Source of the DNA: Anaerolineae bacterium
GTDB taxonomy: Bacteria > Chloroflexota > Anaerolineae > S140-20
Reading direction: 5' to 3'
Length of the DNA: 64,000 bases
NCBI GenBank assembly: GCA_027021705.1
Contig: JALUTT010000056.1
Coordinates: 32,001 to 96,000 of the forward strand
Of the stretch, positions 27,454 to 38,848 are shown piece by piece; positions within the stretch are counted from its first letter, which is position 1, and each line of letters begins with the position of its first letter. The position numbers and the translations under genes are program-made. The notes beneath the pieces are model-generated. The model searched no databases. It was not told the DNA's origin and saw only the letters and a list, made by a program, of their open reading frames with translations.

Positions 27454-30024
27454 ATGATCAGCCCCGACGCTCCGGGGGTGGTCGGCCTGTGGGCCACCCT
27501 CGCCCTGCTCACCGGCTACCCCACCTTCTGCCTGCTGCGAACCCTCGGCCGGCCTCCCTCAGCCGACGGGCTCGACGGACTCTTCACCAGCCTTCTGTTG
27601 GGCAGCCTCGTCGTCGGTTGGACGGCGCTGCTGCTGGCGGAGGCCGGGTGGTTCAGCCTGCCCTCCCTGACCATTGGCCTGCTGCTGGTCCTCGCCGGGG
27701 TCGGGATTGCACTACGGTTGCGTGGGGGCACCCTCCGCCCGCCCGCCCCTCCCCCCCTCCGGACCGCCGGAGCCTTCCTCTTGCTCCTGGGCCTGGCTTC
27801 CCTCGCCTTCTTCCACCCCGCCGAGTTCATCCTGGGGGGTGCGGATGCCGGCGTCTACGTCAACCTGGGGGCCAACATCGCTCGTACAGGCTCCCTCCTC
27901 ATCCACGAAGAGGGGATCGCCACCCTACCTCCCTCCCTCTGGCCGGGGCTCTTCCGGGCCACCTCACCCCAGGCCGTCGCCCCCTACACCCGCTTCCCCG
28001 GCTTCTACCTGACCGGTGGTGCCAGTGGGGAACAGCCGCCGGGATCGCTCCCCCTGGTCATCCCCCAGTTCTTCCCCCTCCATCCCGTCTGGCTGGCCAT
28101 CGTCAACGCAGCCTTCGGGGTGCGGGCCGGCCTCTACCTGACGCCGCTGTGGGCAGCCCTCGGTGTCGTGGCCCTGGCCCTGGCGCTCCGACGGGCCCTC
28201 GGCACCGGGACCGGCCTGCTGGCCGGCTTCCTCCTGCTCATCACCCCCCTCCAGGTCTACTTCGCCCGCTATCCCACCGCCGAGCCCCTGACCCAGTTCC
28301 TCCTCTGGGGAGGGGTGTACGGCCTCGTCGCCTTCGTCGGCGACGGACACCCCCTCTGGGGGGTGCTGAGCGGGCTGGCCCTGGGCCAGGTCTTCCTGAC
28401 CCGCATTGACGCGCTCCCCCTGCTGCTGCTGCCCCCAATCCTGCCCTACGCGCTGCGACAGCGGCCACGGCGCACCCTGGGCTGGTTCTTCGTGCCCTTC
28501 GGGCTCATGCTGCTCCACGCCGCCCTGCACACCTGGCGCTTCTCCTGGCCCTACGCATGGGACGTCTACGGCAGTATGGGCCGCCTGGGCCTGCACCTCC
28601 TCCGAAAGGTATGGTGGCTCCTCATCCCGTTGGTGGCGGGCCTCGCCGTCCTGGGATGGGCCTCACGGCGCTTCCCGGCGACGGAACACCATCGTCGCCT
28701 CTTGCGACGGAGCGGGGCAGCCACGCTGGTCGCCCTGGGGCTCTTCGCCTACCTCGTCTGGCCCAGGATCGGTCAGGTTCGGATGATCCCCTACTGGTAC
28801 GGGGAGACTTCCATCCCGGTGCAGAACCACCTGAACCTGGTGCGCTTGGGATGGTACCTCTCACCCCTGGGCATCGGGCTGGCCATCGCGGGGGCTGCCC
28901 TGATGGTCCTACGGGCAGAGATGGAACGGGCGTGGCCGGTTCTGGTCCCCGGCCTCAGCTTCTCCCTGCTCTACCTCTACAACATCCTGAACAATCCCTT
29001 CCACATCTACGCGATGCGGCGCTACGTCCCGGTGGTCGTTCCCTTCTTCGCCGCCGGCGCGGCCTACGCCCTCGCCGGGCTCTGGGGCCGGCGACGACGC
29101 TGGCGTCCGATGGCCCCTGCCACCGGGCTGCTGGGGCTGGTCTTGGTGGGCTGGCTGCTCTACAACGGACGCGCCGTGTGGACCCTGGTGGAGTATCGGG
29201 GGCTGATAGACCAGGTGGAGACCCTGGCAGCCCGCTTGGAGCCGGGTGCGGTGCTTCTTTTTGAGGACGACGCCCCCGTCGGAGCGGGCAGCACCCTGGG
29301 AACCCCTCTTCAGTACCTCTACGGGTTCACCGCCTTCGACCTCCAGGAGGACCGCCTCGATCTGTCGGCCCTGACCCAGGCCATCGGACGATGGCGGGCA
29401 ACGGGTCGCCCCGTCTACTGGGTCCGGGGGCCGCGCCTGACGACGATCCAGGTTCCCGACCACCCTGTGCCCGCGCTGGGAACCTGGCTCCTCGAACACC
29501 GCCTAGAGCAGAGCTACACCCACTTCCCGGTCCGTTGGGAGGTGCGGAAGGTCCCGCTGGAGTTCTACCGGCTAGACTTTGCCGAGGGGGAGAGCTGTAC
29601 CCTGCCTGTGGAGGTAGACGTGGGGACGCTGGACTCCCTCTACGTGCGCGAGGGCTTTCACAACAAGGAATGGTGGGGGGACCTGAGCGTGCGGTGGACG
29701 GCGGGCGAGGCCAAGCTGGCCTTTCCCTGCCTGCCCGAGGAGCTACCGGACCGGGTCTCCCTGGCAGTGCGGGTTGCGTCCGCCCGCCCCGCCGAGCTGC
29801 CTCCGGTCCATCTCACGCTGGCCCTCGACGGACAGCCCCTGGGCCGGTGGACGCTGGAGGGGGGCTTCCAGGTCATTGAGGTACAACTCCCCGGCGAGGT
29901 GCTGCGGGATCACGAGCCCGTTCTCACCCTGCGCAGCGACACGTGGGTACCTCAGCAGCAGGGGGCGAGAGCCGATGCTCGGCGACTGGGGGTGGTGGTG
30001 GATTGGATCCGGCTCTCTCCCTAG
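27454..30024 (+). CDS. GT-C (PMT/GT39-like) membrane glycosyltransferase
   Basis: DAGVY, PQFFPLHP, YFARYPTAEP, LTRID, RRYVP; C-terminal E...RW...D.RRLG domain. Confidence 0.75.
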   Translation: MISPDAPGVVGLWATLALLTGYPTFCLLRTLGRPPSADGLDGLFTSLLLGSLVVGWTALLLAEAGWFSLPSLTIGLLLVLAGVGIALRLRGGTLRPPAPPPLRTAGAFLLLLGLASLAFFHPAEFILGGADAGVYVNLGANIARTGSLLIHEEGIATLPPSLWPGLFRATSPQAVAPYTRFPGFYLTGGASGEQPPGSLPLVIPQFFPLHPVWLAIVNAAFGVRAGLYLTPLWAALGVVALALALRRALGTGTGLLAGFLLLITPLQVYFARYPTAEPLTQFLLWGGVYGLVAFVGDGHPLWGVLSGLALGQVFLTRIDALPLLLLPPILPYALRQRPRRTLGWFFVPFGLMLLHAALHTWRFSWPYAWDVYGSMGRLGLHLLRKVWWLLIPLVAGLAVLGWASRRFPATEHHRRLLRRSGAATLVALGLFAYLVWPRIGQVRMIPYWYGETSIPVQNHLNLVRLGWYLSPLGIGLAIAGAALMVLRAEMERAWPVLVPGLSFSLLYLYNILNNPFHIYAMRRYVPVVVPFFAAGAAYALAGLWGRRRRWRPMAPATGLLGLVLVGWLLYNGRAVWTLVEYRGLIDQVETLAARLEPGAVLLFEDDAPVGAGSTLGTPLQYLYGFTAFDLQEDRLDLSALTQAIGRWRATGRPVYWVRGPRLTTIQVPDHPVPALGTWLLEHRLEQSYTHFPVRWEVRKVPLEFYRLDFAEGESCTLPVEVDVGTLDSLYVREGFHNKEWWGDLSVRWTAGEAKLAFPCLPEELPDRVSLAVRVASARPAELPPVHLTLALDGQPLGRWTLEGGFQVIEVQLPGEVLRDHEPVLTLRSDTWVPQQQGARADARRLGVVVDWIRLSP

Positions 30025-30034
30025 GGGGGCACGC

Positions 30035-31171
30035 TCACGACAGCCGGCGGGCGGAGAGGAGTCCCGGCTGTTCGCCGTGCAAAAGCAGCTTCGTCACCCG
30101 CTCGGCGGCGACGAAACACCAGCCCAATCCGTGGCCGGTGAAGCCGACGGCGAAGTAGACCTGGGGAAGGTGGGGCAGGCTCCCAATGAGGGGCAGGCCA
30201 TCGGGGGAGAAGCCCATCACACCCGACCAGCGATGGGTGATCTTCCCTCGCACGTCGGGGAAGTAGCGGGCCAGAAAGTGCTCCAGTCCTTGCTGGACCT
30301 GATCGGTCACCTCGTCGGCGTACCCTTGTTCCTGGTCCCGGTAGTGCTGTCGCCACCCTCCCAGCAGGAACTCCCCCGTCTCCAGTTGGCGGAAGTACTC
30401 ATAGCCATAGTCGGCGTAGCAGGGGACCTCCAGCACCGCCTCGGAGAGGGGGGCCGTGCTCAGGACCTGCCCTCGGGTGGGGGTGATCTTGCCGACGAAG
30501 TAGCGATCCAACAGCGGCGCGTAGGCGTTGACGGCCAGCACCACAGCAGCAGCCCGCACCGTCCGCCGTCGAGCCCACACCCGCACGTCCGCGCCTTCCT
30601 TCTCCAATCGGTAGACCTCGGTGTTGGTGTGGCAGGGGACGCCGCTCTCCTCCAGCAGCCGCTCGGTCAGGGCCACCGGATCCACGACGGCATCGTCAGG
30701 CTGGTGGAGGCCGGCCAGGAAGCCCCGGCCCAGGGGATCGGTGGGCTCGAAGACGGCCTTGAAACCATCCTCCTGAAGCAGGGCGGCTGTGGCCTGGAGC
30801 GTCTCCACCTCCGGCCGGCGGACGGCGAGGAGGAGGCTACCGGTGCGTTTGGCGGGCACACCCAGTCGTTGGGCCGTCTCGATCAGCCGCTCTCGGTTCT
30901 CCGCCGTCAGCGCCCATGCCTCCCTGGCCCGTTCCCGTCCGTAGGCTTCGACAGCGCGGCTATAGTGCTCGGCCAGGCCGGTGAGCACCATCCCGGCATT
31001 GCGTCCGGTGGCCCCGCTGGCGACCGTCCGCGCCTCCAAGATGGCAACGTGAAGCCCCTCTTGGGCCAGCCGGGCTGCCGTGGCGACGCCCACAATGCCG
31101 GCCCCCACGACAACGACGTCACAGGCGTCTATGGCCCGCTCCCCCCGATCTTGCCAGATAGACACGGTCAT
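30035..31171 (-). CDS. FAD-dependent oxidoreductase (DAO/PuuB-like family)
   Basis: VVVGAGIVG, GATGRNAG, WSGVMGFSPDGLPLIG, GFTGHG. Confidence 0.9.
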   Translation of the reverse strand: MTVSIWQDRGERAIDACDVVVVGAGIVGVATAARLAQEGLHVAILEARTVASGATGRNAGMVLTGLAEHYSRAVEAYGRERAREAWALTAENRERLIETAQRLGVPAKRTGSLLLAVRRPEVETLQATAALLQEDGFKAVFEPTDPLGRGFLAGLHQPDDAVVDPVALTERLLEESGVPCHTNTEVYRLEKEGADVRVWARRRTVRAAAVVLAVNAYAPLLDRYFVGKITPTRGQVLSTAPLSEAVLEVPCYADYGYEYFRQLETGEFLLGGWRQHYRDQEQGYADEVTDQVQQGLEHFLARYFPDVRGKITHRWSGVMGFSPDGLPLIGSLPHLPQVYFAVGFTGHGLGWCFVAAERVTKLLLHGEQPGLLSARRLS

Positions 31172-31194
31172 CTCTCCCCTCAGCGATGCAATGT

Positions 31195-32313
31195 CTATTC
31201 CGTGCTGGCCGCCAGCCGCTCGACGGCCGCCACCGCCATCCTGTGGAGGGCCTGGACGTAGGACGCTTGTGGCTGCTCCAAGGCCAGGGGGACCCCTCGC
31301 GCCAGGGCGGTCCGATGGGCCGGCTCAAAGGGCAACACAGCGTCGGGTGGTCGCTTGAGCGCACGCTCGACGGCGGACATAGGCAGCGGGGGCTGTTCCT
31401 GGACTTGATTCAGCACCAAGAAGAGCCGGCTCCGCATCCCCTGTAGAGCGTGAAGGGCGGCCAAGGCGGCCTGAATGGCCCCGACTTCGGGGGATAGCAC
31501 CAGGAAGACCAGGTCGGAGGCGTTGAGGGCGGCCATAGCCCCGCTGCTTAGCAAAGGTGGGGCGTCCACCAGGACCGCCTCGAACCGGCCTCGCAGGAAG
31601 GCCAGGACCGCTTCGACCGTAGGGCCGGTCAGCCGGTCGGCGTAGAGGGGGGAGAAGGGCGCAGCCACCATGTGGATCCCCGAAGCGTGGCGGATGGTGA
31701 TCTGCTCCAAAAGGGCGGGATCGGGAGAGGCATCCCGCAGGCTGGCCCAGGTGCGCTCGGCCTTGACCCGTAAGTGGAGAGCCAGTTGCCCCGAGGCCGG
31801 GTTCATGTCGAACAGGGCGACGACGTCCGGCGTGCCGCCCGCCAGGACGACGGCCAGGTTGGCGACCAGCGTCGAGACTCCCACGCCTCCCCGCAGGCTG
31901 AGGAGAGTGAGGATACGCCCCGCCCGTTCCTCAGGAGCTCCTCTCCTACGCGCCAGGAGCTCATCCACCTTGGCCAACAGGTCTGCCGGCATCACCGGCT
32001 TGGCCATGTGCTCGTCGGCCCCCACCTGTAGGGCCGTCTCCCGGTCAATGGGCTGCCCTCGGGCCGTGAGGATCAGGATCGGCATCTCGGCGGTTTGGGG
32101 TTGCTCCCGAAGACGGCGCACGATGTCGTACCCCGTGATGCCCGGCATCATCACGTCAATGATTGCCAGATCGGGAGGATCGGCAAGCGCTTTGCTCAGC
32201 CCATCGGCGGGATCCGCCGACAGGACCACCTGGTGGCCACCGCGCTTGGCCAGAATCAACCGCATCATGTCCAACAGGTCTGCGCTGTCATCAATCACCA
32301 GGATTCTGGCCAT
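31195..32313 (-). CDS. Receiver domain fused to a CpaE/TadZ-like (MinD/ParA) domain
   Basis: ILVIDD...IIDVMMP...KP receiver; SLRGGVGVST deviant P-loop; VLVDAPP; VLNQ. Confidence 0.8.
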   Translation of the reverse strand: MARILVIDDSADLLDMMRLILAKRGGHQVVLSADPADGLSKALADPPDLAIIDVMMPGITGYDIVRRLREQPQTAEMPILILTARGQPIDRETALQVGADEHMAKPVMPADLLAKVDELLARRRGAPEERAGRILTLLSLRGGVGVSTLVANLAVVLAGGTPDVVALFDMNPASGQLALHLRVKAERTWASLRDASPDPALLEQITIRHASGIHMVAAPFSPLYADRLTGPTVEAVLAFLRGRFEAVLVDAPPLLSSGAMAALNASDLVFLVLSPEVGAIQAALAALHALQGMRSRLFLVLNQVQEQPPLPMSAVERALKRPPDAVLPFEPAHRTALARGVPLALEQPQASYVQALHRMAVAAVERLAASTE

Positions 32314-32321
32314 AGGTCCCC

Positions 32322-32861
32322 CTATCCTTCTTCTGGAATGCAGATCGCCCCGATGACATCCTTGTTGACCAAAATGATCCCCCCTGTGAACTGAATCTTG
32401 GGGTTCAGGGTGGCGAAGATCGTGCCATCCAGAATGGGGATGAAACGGTCTGTGCCAATGGCCAGGACTGCCCTCAGGTCCAGCTTGCCACTCATCTGGA
32501 GCAGTCCTCGCACTTCGAAGCCGGGGATCGTCAGGAAGACCTCCCGCAGGTAGGTGCCGAAGTAGCTGCCATAGGTCTGCTTCTTGGAGAGGCCGTCCTC
32601 CTGGCGGGCCAACACCACCATCGTGATGTTGTCCTTAAGCAGCGAGGAGATCGGATAGCTGGCCGTGATCTCTCCCGGCCGGTCTATGGGAGAGATGTAG
32701 ACCCCCTCGACATCCAGGTAGGATGTCGTGCGGTCGTTGAGCTGGTCTGCCAGGGGGCGATGGCGCACATCCACCTGACCCGAGATTCGATAGTCATGGG
32801 TGAAGAAATCGGCCGTCACCCACCCGCGCCGCCGGACAACCAGATCCTGCTCCTTGGCCAT
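32322..32861 (-). CDS. Conserved hypothetical protein (DUF6812-like, two repeated beta domains)
   Basis: GAGGTG RBS; YRISGQV...LADQLN...YL and VRGLL...FIP repeats; embedded in the operon. Confidence 0.65.
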   Translation of the reverse strand: MAKEQDLVVRRRGWVTADFFTHDYRISGQVDVRHRPLADQLNDRTTSYLDVEGVYISPIDRPGEITASYPISSLLKDNITMVVLARQEDGLSKKQTYGSYFGTYLREVFLTIPGFEVRGLLQMSGKLDLRAVLAIGTDRFIPILDGTIFATLNPKIQFTGGIILVNKDVIGAICIPEEG

Positions 32862-32901
32862 CAACACCTCACGACCGGATTGCAGATTGCAATTCGCAGA
32901 C

Positions 32902-33963
32902 CTATTTCCAGCCGAGCATCACGAAGGCCTCGACCAACTCCTTCCGATGGCGCACCCGGCGGAGCCCCAGAGGGCGCACCTTGACGAGCTCCTCGACTTG
33001 CACGTAGGTTTCCCGACTGAGGACGATCTCCCCGTCTCCGGCGATCTCCTCCAGCCGCTTGGCGATGTTCACGGTGTCGCCTACAGCGGTGTAGTTCATC
33101 AGCCAGGGTGCACCGATGTTGCCCACGACCGCCTCCCCCGTGTGGATGCCGATGCCGCAGACAAGCCGGTGCTCGGGTGGCAGAGCCTTGTGCAGCTGCT
33201 GCAGGCGGGTACGGATCAGCCAGGCCGCCCGGACCGCCCGTCGGGCGTGGTCGGGTTGGGGATGGGGCGCGTTGAAGATGGTCAACATCGCGTCGCCCAT
33301 AAACTTGTCCAACGTCCCCCGGTAGACGAGCACCGCCTCCGCTGCCGTCCCCAAATGGGCGTTGAGCAGTTCCAGCACCTTCTCGGGGGGAGTCCTCTCC
33401 GCCAAGGCCGTGAACCCATGCAGGTCCACGAAGAGGACCGTCACCTCCCGACGGGTCCCCCCCAGAGCGAGATCAGACCCGTTGAGGATCGTCTCGACGA
33501 CGGGCTGAGCCAGGTAGCGCTGGAGCACCTCCCGGGTCCGAGCCTGCTCCAGCCGCAATCGGTCGGCCTCTTGCTTCGCCCGCAGCCGAGCAGCGATGCG
33601 GGCCGCCAACTCTTCGAAATCGAAGGGCTTGATAATGTAGTCGTCGGCCCCCACCCCCAGCCCTTTCACCCGATCACGCAGGTCCCGCAGGCCCGTGACC
33701 ATCAACACAGGAATATCGGCGGTGAGCGGATCGGCCTTGAGCCGGCGGCAGACCTCGAACCCATCCATCCCCGGCATATGGATGTCCAGGAGCAAGAGGT
33801 CCGGGTGGAAGAGGCGGACCTTGGTCAAGGTCTCCAGGCCGTCGTGCGCAACCAGGACGTTGTAACCCAGGGCAGACAGGAAGTCGTGCAGGATGTCCGT
33901 CTCCTCTTGGGTGTCGTCAGCAGCCAGGATTGTCGCAGCCCCCGTCATTCTTTTATCTGCCAT
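32902..33963 (-). CDS. Response regulator fused to a class III adenylate/guanylate cyclase
   Basis: Receiver LLDIHMP...KPF; cyclase VLFVDLHGFT, DKFMGD, GIGIHTG, YTAVGDTVNIAKRLE. K in DKF and T in YTAVG suggest ATP specificity. Confidence 0.9.
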   Translation of the reverse strand: MADKRMTGAATILAADDTQEETDILHDFLSALGYNVLVAHDGLETLTKVRLFHPDLLLLDIHMPGMDGFEVCRRLKADPLTADIPVLMVTGLRDLRDRVKGLGVGADDYIIKPFDFEELAARIAARLRAKQEADRLRLEQARTREVLQRYLAQPVVETILNGSDLALGGTRREVTVLFVDLHGFTALAERTPPEKVLELLNAHLGTAAEAVLVYRGTLDKFMGDAMLTIFNAPHPQPDHARRAVRAAWLIRTRLQQLHKALPPEHRLVCGIGIHTGEAVVGNIGAPWLMNYTAVGDTVNIAKRLEEIAGDGEIVLSRETYVQVEELVKVRPLGLRRVRHRKELVEAFVMLGWK

Positions 33964-33968
33964 TGGTG

Positions 33969-34529
33969 TCAGGTTGTATGAATCACCTCGCCTGCCGGGG
34001 CCTCGCGGAACTTCACTTGGTAAAGACGGATGGCATGGCGGATGGCTTGACGGGCCGCAGCCGCCGGCTCCCATCCCAGCGGCTCCGTGTGCACACCCTC
34101 CAGGTCCTTGTAGACCGAGAAGAAATGGGCCATCTCAGCCAGAAAGTGCTGGGGGATGTCCGTGATGTCGTGGTAGTCGGCGAAGAAGGGATCGTGCTCG
34201 AGCACCGCCAGCACCTTGTCGTCGGGCAATCCCTTGTCCAGCATTCGAAAGAGGCCGATAGGGCGTGCCTCCAGCAGACATCCTGAGAAGGTCGGGGAGT
34301 TGGTCATCACCAAGATGTCCAATGGATCCCCATCGTCGTAATAGGTCTGTGGGATCAACCCATAGTCCCCCGGGTAGTGGAGGGAAGAGTAGAGGACCCG
34401 ATCAAGGCGCAAGAGGCCCAGGTCCTTGTCGTACTCGTACTTGTTACGGCTCCCCTTGGGAATCTCCACGATGACGTAGACGATGTCCGGCGCGTTGGGG
34501 CCGGGGGAAAGCTCATGCCACAGGTTCAT
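33969..34529 (-). CDS. ppa: Inorganic pyrophosphatase (family I)
   Basis: EIPKGSRNKYEYD, LDRVL, YPGDYG, DGDPLD. Confidence 0.95.
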   Translation of the reverse strand: MNLWHELSPGPNAPDIVYVIVEIPKGSRNKYEYDKDLGLLRLDRVLYSSLHYPGDYGLIPQTYYDDGDPLDILVMTNSPTFSGCLLEARPIGLFRMLDKGLPDDKVLAVLEHDPFFADYHDITDIPQHFLAEMAHFFSVYKDLEGVHTEPLGWEPAAAARQAIRHAIRLYQVKFREAPAGEVIHTT

Positions 34530-34804
34530 CACACCCTCCTGCGGTCCCGGTCCTCCAAGAAGTCACCGTAGCCACCTTGGTGCCGGTCTCGATAGAGAGC
34601 CGGCTCGTTCTCGCCGCTGTCCGGCGGCCCCAACAGGGCGATCAGCCGGGTCAGCGTGGTCTCGTCGTAGACCAGGTCGCCACAGTAGTCACACCGCCAG
34701 GCAGGCACTCCGGGCAGAAGGACGAACTGCCCACCGTGCCAGCGGGCGTAGGTGGCTCGGGTAGGGCGCATCGCGCCGATGCGACAGACGGGACAAAGTT
34801 CCAT
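34529..34804 (-). CDS. YgiT-type zinc finger protein
   Basis: CPVCRIG...VPAWRCDYCG; translationally coupled on both sides. Confidence 0.8.
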   Translation of the reverse strand: MELCPVCRIGAMRPTRATYARWHGGQFVLLPGVPAWRCDYCGDLVYDETTLTRLIALLGPPDSGENEPALYRDRHQGGYGDFLEDRDRRRV

Positions 34805-35493
34805 CAACCTGCTTCCTCCTCCTTCCTCGCCTCCCGGACGATCTGAACGCCGGCGCTGGCTCCCAGGCGGGTCGCCCCGGCCGCAATCATCGCCTGAGCT
34901 GTCGTGTAATCTCGGATCCCTCCGGCGGCCTTGACCCCCATCTGGGGCCCCACCGTCCGGCGCATCAACGCCACATCGTGGACGGTGGCCCCTCCAGGGC
35001 CGAAGCCGGTGGAGGTCTTCACGAAATCCGCACCGGCCGCCTGAGCCAGCCGACAGGCTCGGATCTTCTCCTCATCGGTGAGCAGGGCTGCCTCGATGAT
35101 CACCTTGCAGAGGGCGCGATGGGCGTGGCAGAGCTCCGCGATGGCCGCGATCTCGTCACGCACCATCTCGTCGTCGCCCGCCTTGAGGGCGCCTATTTGC
35201 AGCACCATATCCACCTCGGTCGCCCCCTCCTGGAGCACCTGCTCCGCCTCGTAGCGCTTCACCGAAGGCATCGTGGCCCCCAGTGGAAACCCGACCACGC
35301 TGCAGATGGCGATCTCCGTGTCCTCCAGCATGCGCACGGCCAGCCGCACGTAGACGGGGTTCACGCAGACGGCGGCGAAGCGGTAGGTCCGGGCCTCCTC
35401 GCAGAGCCGAATGACCTGCTTCGGCGTCGCCTCGGGCTTCAGCAGCGTGTGGTCTATCATCCGCGCCAGCGCTTCCGCGTCCATTCTGGGCAT
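34804..35493 (-). CDS. deoC: Deoxyribose-phosphate aldolase
   Basis: [49 protein letters not shown] before ATG 35493. Confidence 0.95.
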   Translation of the reverse strand: MPRMDAEALARMIDHTLLKPEATPKQVIRLCEEARTYRFAAVCVNPVYVRLAVRMLEDTEIAICSVVGFPLGATMPSVKRYEAEQVLQEGATEVDMVLQIGALKAGDDEMVRDEIAAIAELCHAHRALCKVIIEAALLTDEEKIRACRLAQAAGADFVKTSTGFGPGGATVHDVALMRRTVGPQMGVKAAGGIRDYTTAQAMIAAGATRLGASAGVQIVREARKEEEAG

Positions 35494-35498
35494 CGCTC

Positions 35499-36191
35499 CT
35501 ATTCTGTCGTCCCCTCGGACGCCACCGGGCTCTGAACATCCGCAGGGAACCGGTAGTGGGCCACCAGCCCCCAGCGGGAGGGTGGCCAGTAGGAGAGCCA
35601 GGCCTTGCCTACGATCTGGTCCCGGGGCAGCAGCCAGCCGTTGTGGGAATCGCTGGAGTTGCGCCGGTTGTCCCCCAGGACGAAGTACTCGTCGGGACCC
35701 AGGGTCCAGCTCCCCGAATAGGTGGCCGGGCTGGTGATGTAGGGTTCGTAGAGGGGCTGCCCATTGATGAAGACCCGTCCGGCGCGGATCTCCACCCGCT
35801 CCCCCGGCAGTCCGATCACCCGCTTGATGAAATCCCGGCTGGGGTCCTTGGGAAAGTGGAAGACCACCACATCGCCTCGCTGGGGTGGGTGGAACTTGTA
35901 GGTCAACTTGTTGATGATCAGGTACTGACCATCGTGGAGGTTGGGCTCCATACTTTGTCCTTCGATGCGGAACCGCCCCGTCACCGTGTTGACGACGAGG
36001 AAGATGATCGCCGTCAGCAGGATGGTCTCCAGGACCTCCCGGACCAGTTTCCATCCTTGCCCCGAGGATTCCTCCCGCAGGCCGGTCGGAGGAGCGGGTT
36101 GCGCGTAGGGTTGAGGTGCCTCCTGGGGCGAGGGTGGGCCGACAAGCTCGCGTTGTTCTGCCGTCCAGGGTTCGTCTCCGATCTTCTCCAT
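35499..36191 (-). CDS. lepB: Signal peptidase I (start uncertain; alternative ATG near 36269)
   Basis: [31 protein letters not shown]. Confidence 0.9.
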   Translation of the reverse strand: MEKIGDEPWTAEQRELVGPPSPQEAPQPYAQPAPPTGLREESSGQGWKLVREVLETILLTAIIFLVVNTVTGRFRIEGQSMEPNLHDGQYLIINKLTYKFHPPQRGDVVVFHFPKDPSRDFIKRVIGLPGERVEIRAGRVFINGQPLYEPYITSPATYSGSWTLGPDEYFVLGDNRRNSSDSHNGWLLPRDQIVGKAWLSYWPPSRWGLVAHYRFPADVQSPVASEGTTE

Positions 36192-36327
36192 AGGTCTCAC
36201 ACCAGAACGAGATGGTTTGGAGACGGGAGGTGCCCTCTGGCATCTCTCCACGTCCACCATTTCTCGCATTGTACTCCAATCGGCCACTTTATGCAAGCGA
36301 CCTGGTGCAAAAGCCCCCGCGAACGGT

Positions 36328-36356
36328 TTGACACCATCCTAGAGTTATGGTATTAT
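36328..36356 (+). promoter_or_regulatory. sigma70 promoter with extended -10
   Basis: TTGACA-17 nt-TGgTATTAT. Confidence 0.7.
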
Positions 36357-36430
36357 GTTGGTGTTCGTCCTATGGACATATCGTCAGCGAGCCGTCAAAA
36401 TCCCCAGCTTCTGTGAAAGGAGCCCCTTCC

Positions 36431-36802
36431 ATGACCAAGTCGCGCACGGAGTTGATGGTCGAACGTCTTCGAGATCTACAGGCTGGCACACCCGACATCG
36501 AGGCCTCAGCCGTGGTCAGCGTAGACGGATTGATCATGGCCTCTTCACTGCCCGCCGGTGTGGAGGAAGATCGAGTCTCCGCAATGTCGGCAGCAATGCT
36601 CTCGCTGGGTGAGCGGATCGCCAGCGAACTGGGGCGCGGTACCTTGAACCAGGTCTTCATCCGGGGTGATAACGGGTTCGTCATCCTGCGGGCTGTAGGC
36701 GAAGAAGCCGTTCTCACCGTCTTGGCCCGTCGAGATGCCAAGCTGGGGCTGATCTTTCTGGACATGGATCGTGCTGCTACCGACCTAGAACGGTTGGTCT
36801 GA
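36431..36802 (+). CDS. Roadblock/LC7 (MglB-like) domain protein
   Basis: SAVVSVDGLIMAS...SAMSAAMLSLGERI...KLGLIFLDM; AAGGAG RBS. Confidence 0.9.
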   Translation: MTKSRTELMVERLRDLQAGTPDIEASAVVSVDGLIMASSLPAGVEEDRVSAMSAAMLSLGERIASELGRGTLNQVFIRGDNGFVILRAVGEEAVLTVLARRDAKLGLIFLDMDRAATDLERLV

Positions 36803-36916
36803 GCCAGGACGATGGCTCGCTTTCGAGAGTAGACACGGAAGCCCTTTCCCTCCTCTCCGTCGCTCAGACTGAGCCCTGTAGGAAGAGGCGGCGACCGAGA
36901 GATATTGCCGCCGGCG

Positions 36917-36943
36917 GCCCGGCATTGAGGTGCCGGGCTTTTC
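36917..36943 (+). terminator. Intrinsic terminator
   Basis: gcccggca-ttgagg-tgccgggc followed by TTTTC. Confidence 0.65.
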
Positions 36944-37109
36944 TGTGACGCTGACGGCCCTCGGGTCGCCTGCCACAGGATGGATGGGCAGCGCTCCGGC
37001 CCGGTGAGCTGGAGCATCCAGTGGATCTCCTGCCCCTCCCCGGGGTCAGGAGACCCGAGACCGCGACGGCCGGGTACGCGCCCGGTCTACGACTTGAGGA
37101 GTCGTCTAG

Positions 37110-38811
<1,702 letters not shown>

Positions 38812-38848
38812 TCCCCTGTTGCCATCCCACATTAAGGAGAAGTTGCCC

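Noticed and set aside
35494..36279. Long N-terminal extension of deoC (491-aa ORF)
   Set aside because: Overlaps lepB in another frame. deoC has its own RBS and ATG at 35493.
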